Virus record (IMG/VR): IMGVR_UViG_3300033485_000016
Span: 1-54,725 of that record
Reading direction: 5' to 3' (one strand)
From: a virus
Taxonomy: Duplodnaviria > Caudoviricetes
Length of the DNA stretch: 54,725 nucleotides
In this document: in pieces, positions 17,917 to 25,573 of the stretch
Position numbering within the stretch: the first letter of the stretch is position 1
Layout of the letters: the number at the start of each line of letters is the position of its first letter
Made by a program: the position numbers and the translations under genes
Notes under the pieces: generated by a model
Database searches by the model: none
What the model saw: the letters and a program-made list of their open reading frames with translations, nothing else
Told to the model about the DNA's origin: nothing

Positions 17917-18218
17917 GCGACGACCTGGAAATCACCGAAGAGCAGCAGAAGAGCATGGAGGTGTTCTTCACGCACTTCATGGAACACGTCCATGCGATGG
18001 CTATCACTGAGAAGGACGGAGCCGCGTTTGAGCTTCAGGGATGGCTGGAGAAGGGTGGTGCGGATGCTGGCTTGGCGCTATGGGCGCTGATGACCGGGAT
18101 CGTCGCCCAGTGCGAGGTGATGGAGGAGGCTTTCAATCAGGCAGTGAAGAGCCAGATTGCCGAGGCGTTCAGGATGGTGAGCCTGATGGGCAATAAGGGG
18201 AAGGAGACGGTGCATTGA
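17913..18218 (+). CDS. Hypothetical protein
   Basis: GTGA-coupled ORF. Confidence 0.55.
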   Translation: MSDDLEITEEQQKSMEVFFTHFMEHVHAMAITEKDGAAFELQGWLEKGGADAGLALWALMTGIVAQCEVMEEAFNQAVKSQIAEAFRMVSLMGNKGKETVH

Positions 18219-18275
18219 TGCGCGGTAGGGATATCAACAGCAAGAAGCACCGGGCGGAGAAGAGCCTCAGCAAGC

Positions 18276-18497
18276 ATGGGAAGAGAACCAATGTCGGGGA
18301 TCCCAACAGGAAGTGAGTGCTGTAAGAAGGTGGTCCCCATTGGTGAGCAGTTGCGGGTGTTGAGGGGCGAGAGGGATCAATACAAAGCATTGTATGAAGC
18401 CTTGATGGAGTTCATCAATTTTGCCCTCCACACACAGTCCCTGGAAAAAGCCTCCCAGATGATTGCCTTGTATGTTGAAAAAACCCCAAAGCTGTGA
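18276..18497 (+). CDS. Hypothetical coiled-coil protein
   Basis: Co-oriented short ORF overlapping the polymerase start. Confidence 0.45.
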   Translation: MGREPMSGIPTGSECCKKVVPIGEQLRVLRGERDQYKALYEALMEFINFALHTQSLEKASQMIALYVEKTPKL

Positions 18498-20202
18498 CGG
18501 GTGCCCGTTGAGGGGCTTAGGCCAAGGGTTCATGCAGCCCGTGGGGTGCATGAATCACGGGGTGATGCTCATTGGGGAGGCATTGGGGGAGCAGGAGGCA
18601 CAGGTAGGGGAGCCGTTTGTGGGGAGAGCCGGGTTCACCCTCATGCAGTTGATGCAGAGGGCAGGGGTGAGGAGGGAGGACTTCCTCATCGCCAATGCCG
18701 TGTGGTGCCGGCCTCCACAGAACAAGTTGAGTGGGGAGGAGTACGAGGTCGGGGCGATTGCTCACTGTAGGCAAGCCCATTTGTTGCCATTGATAAAGGC
18801 AGCAGGACCGAGGGTGTTGGTGCCCCTGGGCAATTCGGCTCTGTTCTCAGTAGCGGGGGTCAGGAACATCTTGGATAGACGAGGGTATGTCGAGGTGGAC
18901 CCGATCCTAAACGCATTCATCCTCCCCACTGTTCACCCCAGTTTCATCATGCGGGGGAATACCAACTATGGGGCGGTTTTCATCAGAGATTTGCTGAGGG
19001 CAGTGGAGGTGGGGGAAGAGGGGTGGAAACCGGCGAAGAAGGATTATGTGCTGGATCCCCATCCCTTTGAGGCGGCGAACTGGGCGCGGCAGTATCTGAA
19101 TGCGTTGAATTCGGTCAATCCCGATCTCCGGTTGGCGTACGACATCGAGACCCCCATGAAGGGGGAGAAGGAATCAGAGATCGACTGCGATGATCCGTCC
19201 TTCTACATCTACCGGATTGGCTTTTCCCACGGGGCCAACAGTGGGATCTCCATGCCCTGGAAACCTGACTACATGCCTGCGATCAGGATGGTCCTGGGCA
19301 GCCCTGGCGAGAAGATCGTCTGGAACGGCGACTACGACACACCCCGCATCCAGGCCAATGGCATCACCATCAAGGGGCTGATTCACGATGCGATGATCGC
19401 GTGGCATGTGCTGCACACAGATCTCCCCAAGGACTTGGGCTTTGTGGCGTCGTTGATGCTCAAGGACCAAGCAAGGTGGAAGCATCTCTCCTCAACTGAC
19501 CCGGCTTACTACAATGCCAACGACTGCGATGTGACGTGGCAGTTGATGCAGAAGACCGAGGAGTTGTTGAAGCAAACCGATCAGTGGGACCGGGTGTATG
19601 TCAGGCATGTCGTGCAGCTGGACCCCCTGCTCAAGCACCTCCATGACGTAGGGATGCCCATCGACCTGAGCATCAGGGCAGAGAGCGCCGTGAAGATCGA
19701 CCAGCGGTTACGGGAGATCAAGGTGGAGATGCAGAAGATCGTCCCCTTCGCGGTGAAGGAGTTGAAGGTCTACGAGCGGCTGCCGAAGGACGTGGACCAG
19801 CGGAAGCTCCGGGGGGTGCAATACACCCAGGTCGAGTCCACCACTGAGACCAAGCAGTGCCCGAAGTGCGGGAAGCAGGGGAAGTTTTCTGAGAAGAGGC
19901 ATCCATGCAAGGTGCCGTTGGAACTCATCAAGGTGCCCTGCTTCAAGTATGCCGAGGTCTTGGAGTGGAAACCGTCGAATAAGGGGTTGAAGAACTACGC
20001 CCACGCCAGACGGCACAACCCGGTCTTCAAGGGCAAGGGGCAGGACCGCAAAGTCACGTTTGACGAGAAGGCAATCAGGAAGCTCATCACGCGGTATCCC
20101 CAGGATGAATTGTATCCGCTCATTCTGGAGTATCGGGAGTTGGACAAGATTGCTGGGACGTATGTGGGGAGGCCGGTGGAGGAAGAGGCGAGGGCCGCAT
20201 GA
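18463..20202 (+). CDS. polA: DNA polymerase family A, N-terminal subunit: family-4 UDG-like domain + 3'-5' exonuclease + thumb (likely start ATG 18472)
   Basis: CDGCPL, GEALG..E...G.PFVG.AG, CRPP.N, HPS (UDG4); YDIET, WNGDYD, YNANDCD (Exo I-III); ends ILEYRELDKIAGTYV. Confidence 0.9.
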   Translation: MPCMLKKPQSCDGCPLRGLGQGFMQPVGCMNHGVMLIGEALGEQEAQVGEPFVGRAGFTLMQLMQRAGVRREDFLIANAVWCRPPQNKLSGEEYEVGAIAHCRQAHLLPLIKAAGPRVLVPLGNSALFSVAGVRNILDRRGYVEVDPILNAFILPTVHPSFIMRGNTNYGAVFIRDLLRAVEVGEEGWKPAKKDYVLDPHPFEAANWARQYLNALNSVNPDLRLAYDIETPMKGEKESEIDCDDPSFYIYRIGFSHGANSGISMPWKPDYMPAIRMVLGSPGEKIVWNGDYDTPRIQANGITIKGLIHDAMIAWHVLHTDLPKDLGFVASLMLKDQARWKHLSSTDPAYYNANDCDVTWQLMQKTEELLKQTDQWDRVYVRHVVQLDPLLKHLHDVGMPIDLSIRAESAVKIDQRLREIKVEMQKIVPFAVKELKVYERLPKDVDQRKLRGVQYTQVESTTETKQCPKCGKQGKFSEKRHPCKVPLELIKVPCFKYAEVLEWKPSNKGLKNYAHARRHNPVFKGKGQDRKVTFDEKAIRKLITRYPQDELYPLILEYRELDKIAGTYVGRPVEEEARAA

Positions 20203-20309
20203 AGGGTGAGATCCGGCTGTGGAAGTTCTTTGCTGCCGTGCTGACGCTGGTCCTGTGGCTGGCGATATGGCAGACCTTGTGGGAGTCGTTGAAGGGGGGA
20301 CTGTTGTAA
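20199..20309 (+). CDS. 36 aa single-TM peptide nested between the polymerase halves
   Basis: MKGEIRLWKFFAAVLTLVLWLAIWQTLWESLKGGLL; ATGA overlap upstream, TAATG downstream. Confidence 0.65.
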   Translation: MKGEIRLWKFFAAVLTLVLWLAIWQTLWESLKGGLL

Positions 20310-20530
20310 TGGACGCGACGATTGATGCAGTGGATCTGCTGAAGAAGCAGCAAATCCAGGTGCTGGGTGCAGTGGACCTGAGCGACGTGCAACGCGAAGC
20401 TGGGTGGAAGATGGTCTATCACGCTCAGCAGAAGCTGGAGAAGGATCTCAAGGTGCGGGTGGATGAGTACCTAGCGTACCTCAAGGGCGGCAGGGATCCC
20501 AACCCGGAATACGAGACCAATGTTGATTAG
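20309..20530 (+). CDS. 73 aa helical protein nested between the polymerase halves
   Basis: TAATG-coupled start at 20309; its stop overlaps the C-terminal polymerase start. Confidence 0.65.
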   Translation: MDATIDAVDLLKKQQIQVLGAVDLSDVQREAGWKMVYHAQQKLEKDLKVRVDEYLAYLKGGRDPNPEYETNVD

Positions 20531-21581
20531 GGGTGGGTTCCCGGTGGGGGGTGACGGGAGGGTGCATACCACCTTCACGCACAACCCATCTACCCTCCGC
20601 CTCTCTTCCCGTGCCCCCAACCTGCAAAACATCCCCAGGGGTGGGGACAGTGAGGTGCAGCGGTTGGTGAAGGCTATGTTCGTGGCCCCGGAGGGGAAGG
20701 TCTTCTATGGAAGAGACTTCTCGGGGATCGAGGCGGTCCTGGTGGGCTACTTCGCGACGGATCCAGGCTATATCCGCCTCGCGAAGATGGACGTGCATAG
20801 CTTCTTCACGGCGTGGAGCTTGTATGAGTTGGAGAGGAAGATCCTCTATACGGATGTGCCCCAATTGGACTGGGGAGATGATGCACTGAGGGAAGCTCTG
20901 GCGTCCATCAAGAATAGGTTCAAGGCTGAGAGGACATACCACAAGCCCTTCGTTCATGGGGGCAACTACCGCATGGGAGCCAAGACAGCCCAGGAGGAGT
21001 TGCTGAAGCAGACCGGGCACACCTTCTCGGTGCAGAAGGTCCAGAAGCTGTTCAATTTCTACTTCAACCTCTTCCCGTCGATCCCTAAGTGGCATGGGGA
21101 GCTATGCAAGACCGTGGACGGGACCAAGACGATGAGGGACGAGGCGACTCCCAAGTATCGCCCCTTGGCAGGGGATGCGGGGGTGTCCTATGTCCAGAAC
21201 CCCTGGGGCTACCGGCATCATTTCTATCAGGTCTTGGACTGGAAGCGGATTGGGGACCAATGGACCTGGGCCTACGGGGAAGATGCGAAGAGGTTGATCG
21301 CGTTTCTTCCTCAGTCTACAGCGGCGGCGATCTGCAAGGAGGCTGCCCTGCAATTCTGGGAGAAGTATCCCAACCTGTCAGCCACTCTCCGCCTCCTCAT
21401 CCACGATGAGTTGTTTGGGGAGTGCGAGGAGGATGAAGTCGAACGGATTCAGGTAGCTCTAGCTACCGTCATGGAGCAACCGTGGGCACAGTTACCAATG
21501 CCCGAAGGGTGGAGATTGGGTTCATTCCTGTCGATTGGGAGCGAGGCGAAGTCGGGGAAGTCGTGGGGGTTGATGAAATGA
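20520..21581 (+). CDS. polA: DNA polymerase family A, C-terminal catalytic subunit
   Basis: DGRVHTTF, T.RLSSRAPNLQNIP, motif A DFSGIE, motif B R...KPFVHGGNY, PQSTAA, motif C IHDEL. Confidence 0.92.
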   Translation: MLIRGGFPVGGDGRVHTTFTHNPSTLRLSSRAPNLQNIPRGGDSEVQRLVKAMFVAPEGKVFYGRDFSGIEAVLVGYFATDPGYIRLAKMDVHSFFTAWSLYELERKILYTDVPQLDWGDDALREALASIKNRFKAERTYHKPFVHGGNYRMGAKTAQEELLKQTGHTFSVQKVQKLFNFYFNLFPSIPKWHGELCKTVDGTKTMRDEATPKYRPLAGDAGVSYVQNPWGYRHHFYQVLDWKRIGDQWTWAYGEDAKRLIAFLPQSTAAAICKEAALQFWEKYPNLSATLRLLIHDELFGECEEDEVERIQVALATVMEQPWAQLPMPEGWRLGSFLSIGSEAKSGKSWGLMK

Positions 21582-21841
21582 GAAAGAGTTTCTTGGGGAG
21601 AATCAAGCGTCTGTTCCTTCGGTCCCGTGTGGCGAAGCTTGAGAAGGAGATCTTCGGTGGGCACCCTTTCAGGTTGCGGCTCCTGAAAAACGAGTCCCTG
21701 GTCGATCAGGTGGACGCAATCGAGGACAAGCTGCGCGAACTGGCGCGGGTCATGGGGTATGAGATCCAGCCGGTCTACAAGGAGTGGGAGATCGTCAAGG
21801 CTAGCGAGGCATCGAAGACGCCTGACGAGGATCCCTTCTAG
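21578..21841 (+). CDS. Hypothetical protein
   Basis: ATGA overlap with the polymerase stop. Confidence 0.55.
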   Translation: MRKSFLGRIKRLFLRSRVAKLEKEIFGGHPFRLRLLKNESLVDQVDAIEDKLRELARVMGYEIQPVYKEWEIVKASEASKTPDEDPF

Positions 21842-21843
21842 CC

Positions 21844-22449
21844 ATGAGAATCGCCCTAGACATGGACGGGTGCCTCAGCAACTTCTGGGACGCCTTTGAA
21901 GACAAGATTGTCCAGGTAGTGGGGAAGGATCGGTTTCCTCTCCGCGCCTACGGGCAGCCTCCTGCTGTCTGGAACTGGGTGGAGGAGGCCGGCTACGACG
22001 ACTGGGACATTCGGCAGGCGTGGATGGAGATCTTCAAGTCGCCGGATTTCTGGGTGAATCTCGCCCCCCTCCCCGATGCGGTGACGGCAGCGGTGCTGGA
22101 CAAGCAGCCCAACATCGAGATGTATGTCATCACCAACAGGGAGGGAAGGAAGAGTGACGTGAGGAACCAGACGCAACGGTGGCTCCTCAAGAATGGGATC
22201 TACAAGGCGACGGTGTTGGTCAGTGGGGAGAAGGGTGCCCTCTGCCGAGCGTTGGAGATCGAGTGGCTGCTGGATGACTGTGTTCAGTATTGCGTGGACG
22301 TAGCGGCCAACGCCCCTTACACCAAGGTCTACATGCTGCGGAGACCGTATAACAAGGGGCTGCACTACGACAAGGTGATCCCGGTTCACTCCCTGGCGGA
22401 AGTGTGTGAATGGGAGGATATTCTGACCCCCAGGGAGAAGGCAGCGTGA
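21844..22449 (+). CDS. HAD-superfamily 5'(3')-deoxyribonucleotidase (NT5C-like)
   Basis: IALDMDGCL, FW..L.P, VITNR, K, LLDD, RPYN. Confidence 0.85.
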   Translation: MRIALDMDGCLSNFWDAFEDKIVQVVGKDRFPLRAYGQPPAVWNWVEEAGYDDWDIRQAWMEIFKSPDFWVNLAPLPDAVTAAVLDKQPNIEMYVITNREGRKSDVRNQTQRWLLKNGIYKATVLVSGEKGALCRALEIEWLLDDCVQYCVDVAANAPYTKVYMLRRPYNKGLHYDKVIPVHSLAEVCEWEDILTPREKAA

Positions 22450-22532
22450 AGGACAGCACCTTTGCCACTGCCGTGATCATCCTCTTCTGGCTCGTGGCAC
22501 TCATCGTGGCCTGGGCGATTGAGTTCTTATGA
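22446..22532 (+). CDS. 28 aa membrane peptide
   Basis: GTGA and ATGA coupling at both ends; hydrophobic stretch. Confidence 0.5.
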   Translation: MKDSTFATAVIILFWLVALIVAWAIEFL

Positions 22533-22867
22533 GCGCCCAAGTGATTCAATTCCCAGAGAAGCTGGTGGGGCATCCGATGTTCTACGAGCTTCTCAAGAAG
22601 ATGGCTGAGGTGCATTCAGCCAAGAACCATGACTATGCGATGGGGGGTGATCCCCTGAGCAACTTCAAGCTGGCGGGGGCGTTTGGGGTGCCCCCGTTTG
22701 TGGGCGTTATGGTGAGGATGAGCGATAAGTGGAGCAGGCTCATTTCCCTCATCCAGAAGGGGAGGGCCGGGAACCCAGAGGTCAAGGAGGAGAGTATCGA
22801 GGATACTCTTCTCGACCTCGCCAACTATGCCCTCCTGGCGATCATCCTCCTCAGGGAGGGGAAATGA
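22529..22867 (+). CDS. DUF1599 / nucleotide-modification-associated domain 1 protein
   Basis: KNHDYA..PLSNF..RMSDK.SRL..ESIEDTLLDLANYA. Confidence 0.8.
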   Translation: MSAQVIQFPEKLVGHPMFYELLKKMAEVHSAKNHDYAMGGDPLSNFKLAGAFGVPPFVGVMVRMSDKWSRLISLIQKGRAGNPEVKEESIEDTLLDLANYALLAIILLREGK

Positions 22868-23013
22868 GCAAGACTCTCCGCGATATGCTGGATAGGGTGA
22901 TGAAGCAACGTGACAAGGCTATTCGCGAGCGCGACTGGCTGAAGCGCGAGCTTGAGAAGACGATTGCCCAGCGGGACAGGCTCGCTGCTGCCTTGAAGGG
23001 GCGCGATGAGTGA
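22864..23013 (+). CDS. Short coiled-coil protein
   Basis: ATGA-coupled; QRD/ERD heptad pattern. Confidence 0.5.
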   Translation: MSKTLRDMLDRVMKQRDKAIRERDWLKRELEKTIAQRDRLAAALKGRDE

Positions 23014-23251
23014 CCCTCTCCTCATCACCATCAAGGAGGCGTGTCATCTCCTCTCCATCTCCAGGACAGTCCTTTACCAACTCGTCCGTAGAGGTGAAAT
23101 CAAACTCATCCAAGTCCCAGGCATCAGGGCCAAGCGCATCTCCTTTTCTGACTTGAAAGTTCTTGCAATGAAATGGCAGAACGAGTATATTCAGTTGCAG
23201 GAGGAGAGCGATGGCTCTAAAGAAACGCTGCGACTGCCCAACGTCGCCTAA
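23006..23251 (+). CDS. xis: Excisionase-like HTH_17 protein
   Basis: LITIKEACHLLSISRTVLYQLVRRGEI; directly upstream of the integrase. Confidence 0.82.
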   Translation: MSDPLLITIKEACHLLSISRTVLYQLVRRGEIKLIQVPGIRAKRISFSDLKVLAMKWQNEYIQLQEESDGSKETLRLPNVA

Positions 23252-24239
23252 GTGCGAGCATCCCTGGTACTACGACTTCCGGGTGGAGGGACGGCGATTC
23301 CGCGACTCCACCGGAACCCCCAACAAGAAGGTTGCGAAGGACATTGAAGCCGCAACCCGCACCAGGATCCTGAAGGAAGGGGTAGGGATCCTCAGCTACA
23401 CCCCCACCACCCTCCGCGCCTTCCGCCCCCAGTTTCTCAAAGCCTACGTCGAACTCAAGCTCAGGAAGTCCACCCAGGAGCGTTACCAGATGTGCTGGCA
23501 GCGCATTGAGCCGGTATTGGGCGGGAAGTACCTCAGCGAGTTCACCGAGGGCACGCTAGGTGCGTATGCCAGTGACTGTCTCAAGTCTGGGGACAAGCCG
23601 GCCACGGTGACCCTCGACCTTGCGCTCCTGGCTTGCATGCTCCATCGGGCGGAGGACTGGAACCTCATTGCCAAGGCTCCCAAGATCCCCAAGCTCACGT
23701 TCAACAATGCCAAGGACCGCGCCCTGTCGCCGGAGGAGGTGAAGCTCCTCCTGGAGGCTTACGACACGCACAAGGATCTACGGGTGAGGCGGCACCACCG
23801 GGTCATCAAGCTCCTCGCCCTCACCGGGGCCAGGGTGGGGGAGATCCTGGGCCTCCAACCCAGCGATGTGACCCATGACGCGATGACGTTCCGGTGGACC
23901 AAGAACGGGGAACCGCGAACCCTTCCTGTCACCGACGAGATGCGTCCTCTCCTGAAGGCTCTTCCCATCCATGTCAATTACAATGCCCTCTGTGCCACCT
24001 TTCGGAAGGTGACCAAAGCCTTGGGGTGGGAGGGGGTGACCCTTCACACCCTGCGCCACTCCGCCTTGACCATCATGGGGGAATCGGGGATGCCGCTACG
24101 GACCTTGCAGGAGATCTCGGGGCACAAGAATCTGGCGATGCTCCAACGCTACACGCACCCGTCCCAGGAGTCCAAGGCGAGCGCCCTGAGAAATCTTGGT
24201 CACATACTGGTCACAACGACCAAAGGTACAGCGGCGTAA
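23211..24239 (+). CDS. int: Tyrosine integrase
   Basis: Arm-binding N-terminus (WYYDFRVEGRRFRDSTG); TGAR.GE, TKNG, HTLRHS, GH, RY catalytic residues. Confidence 0.95.
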   Translation: MALKKRCDCPTSPKCEHPWYYDFRVEGRRFRDSTGTPNKKVAKDIEAATRTRILKEGVGILSYTPTTLRAFRPQFLKAYVELKLRKSTQERYQMCWQRIEPVLGGKYLSEFTEGTLGAYASDCLKSGDKPATVTLDLALLACMLHRAEDWNLIAKAPKIPKLTFNNAKDRALSPEEVKLLLEAYDTHKDLRVRRHHRVIKLLALTGARVGEILGLQPSDVTHDAMTFRWTKNGEPRTLPVTDEMRPLLKALPIHVNYNALCATFRKVTKALGWEGVTLHTLRHSALTIMGESGMPLRTLQEISGHKNLAMLQRYTHPSQESKASALRNLGHILVTTTKGTAA

Positions 24240-24429
24240 GTGCTTTAGCTGCAACACTTACCGTCTTGCTGGAAATGAACAGAAGATTCGACAGAGGTGG
24301 GGGGCTAAGTGCCTGTAGCAGAAGGACTTAACCCCCCGACTGCCGGTCCTAAGGCAGCGTCCGTAAGTTGTTGTAAACAAACGCTAGCGTGCGTGGGTGT
24401 GCGCCACCGATGGTCACACCGTGGTCACA
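24197..24429. other. attP region with arm-type sites
   Basis: TGGTCACA tandem pairs at 24197/24208 and 24411/24422 flanking TAAGT..ACTTA sites; immediately after int. Confidence 0.7.
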
Positions 24430-25049
24430 GACCTGAGCCACTCAACGAGGTCAGGAGTCGCGATCCCTTCGGCCATGTTGAAGGCATGACCGTGACCACC
24501 CATCTGGACGATGGAGACCACTTCTAGCTTGGAGTTGAGGATGGGGCCACCGGACATACCCCCGATGACGGAGGCGAAGATAACGTAGCCGGAGGTCTTC
24601 TCAAACTGGTAGGGGTCCATGGAGGCGATATGGCCTACCGAGAGGTAGGGGGTCTCATCGCCAAAGCCATGCCCGATCAGGCAGACCTCTGAACCCACCA
24701 GGGGGGCGGTCTCCGCCACCTTCAGGGGGATGATGTACAACCCCTTGACCCGAATGAGGGCGATATCGAGGTCGTGATTGACGGCAATGACCTTCACATC
24801 CTTCCCCTCGACGGAGAGGGAGTCATACGGTTCCTGGGTATCGTAGTCCTCCACACAATGGGAGGCGGTCACCAGGAGGTAGGCAGCCCGGTCCAGCCCC
24901 CAGGCAGTGCAGCCCCCGGTCTCATTGATCGTCACCTTGAAGATCGAATGGTTACGGAGAGGATAAGCCTTGGTCCAGTCAGGCGAAGGCGAAGAGCCGA
25001 ATCCAAATGCGAGGGGAGCCACGACTGCAAGGAATGCTAGCCGGTTCAT
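24414..25049 (-). CDS. Secreted trypsin-like serine protease
   Basis: Signal peptide; TASHC (His), DIALI (Asp), GMSGGP (Ser). Confidence 0.88.
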   Translation of the reverse strand: MNRLAFLAVVAPLAFGFGSSPSPDWTKAYPLRNHSIFKVTINETGGCTAWGLDRAAYLLVTASHCVEDYDTQEPYDSLSVEGKDVKVIAVNHDLDIALIRVKGLYIIPLKVAETAPLVGSEVCLIGHGFGDETPYLSVGHIASMDPYQFEKTSGYVIFASVIGGMSGGPILNSKLEVVSIVQMGGHGHAFNMAEGIATPDLVEWLRSVTTV

Positions 25050-25108
25050 TTACTTACCACCCTTGGGCGGGAGGGGTGGTCATCCACCCCTCGATCTAGC
25101 AGAAAATT

Positions 25109-25170
25109 GCAGGGGTCTCAGGCAGGAGGAGGAGGGAGGAGGAGGGAAGCACTGAAACCCCTGCTGCGTC
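25109..25170 (-). ncRNA. Candidate small RNA or leader hairpin with CCUCC-repeat loop
   Basis: 13-bp stem (one G-U pair) and 30-nt loop; promoter TTGCAA-16-(TGc)TACAAT just upstream. Confidence 0.45.
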
Positions 25171-25189
25171 GATTCATTGTAGCATTTTG

Positions 25190-25573
25190 CTAACTCCTTG
25201 CAAACTTTGGATTTAACCTTGCAAGGAGTTCTCGGAAGAGCCATGACTGGTGGTAGGCAATGGCTTCTCCATCCTTCAAGCTCACCCCCCGGTCGGAGAG
25301 GATGAAGGCGGTCCCATGGCAAGCCTCATGGGTGATGGTAGAAAGCCCATCAACGGTCTTGACTTTCACGTCAGGGGAGAACCAGAAGATCAGGTGGCCT
25401 CCCATCCAGATGGTCTGCGCCTTGGCGTCTTCCACCAGTTCCACGTCTACCAAGTGCTCCCTGGCGAACCAGGATTCCAATTCCTGAGCAGGACAATGAG
25501 CGAGGTAGATGGGGACTCCATACACCTCGTCGTGAAACTGGAAGGGCTTAAGCCGCGATTTGGACCTTGCCAT
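25190..25573 (-). CDS. HExxH zincin-like protein
   Basis: TITHEACH...DGEAIAY; GAGGT RBS before ATG 25573. Confidence 0.65.
   Translation of the reverse strand: MARSKSRLKPFQFHDEVYGVPIYLAHCPAQELESWFAREHLVDVELVEDAKAQTIWMGGHLIFWFSPDVKVKTVDGLSTITHEACHGTAFILSDRGVSLKDGEAIAYHQSWLFRELLARLNPKFARS

Noticed and set aside
20167-20547. Ribosomal bypass, intein or self-splicing intron joining the polymerase halves
   Set aside because: No stop directly follows a matched take-off codon, there are no intein Cys/His-Asn termini, no intron core or homing endonuclease, and the gap is filled by coupled ORFs
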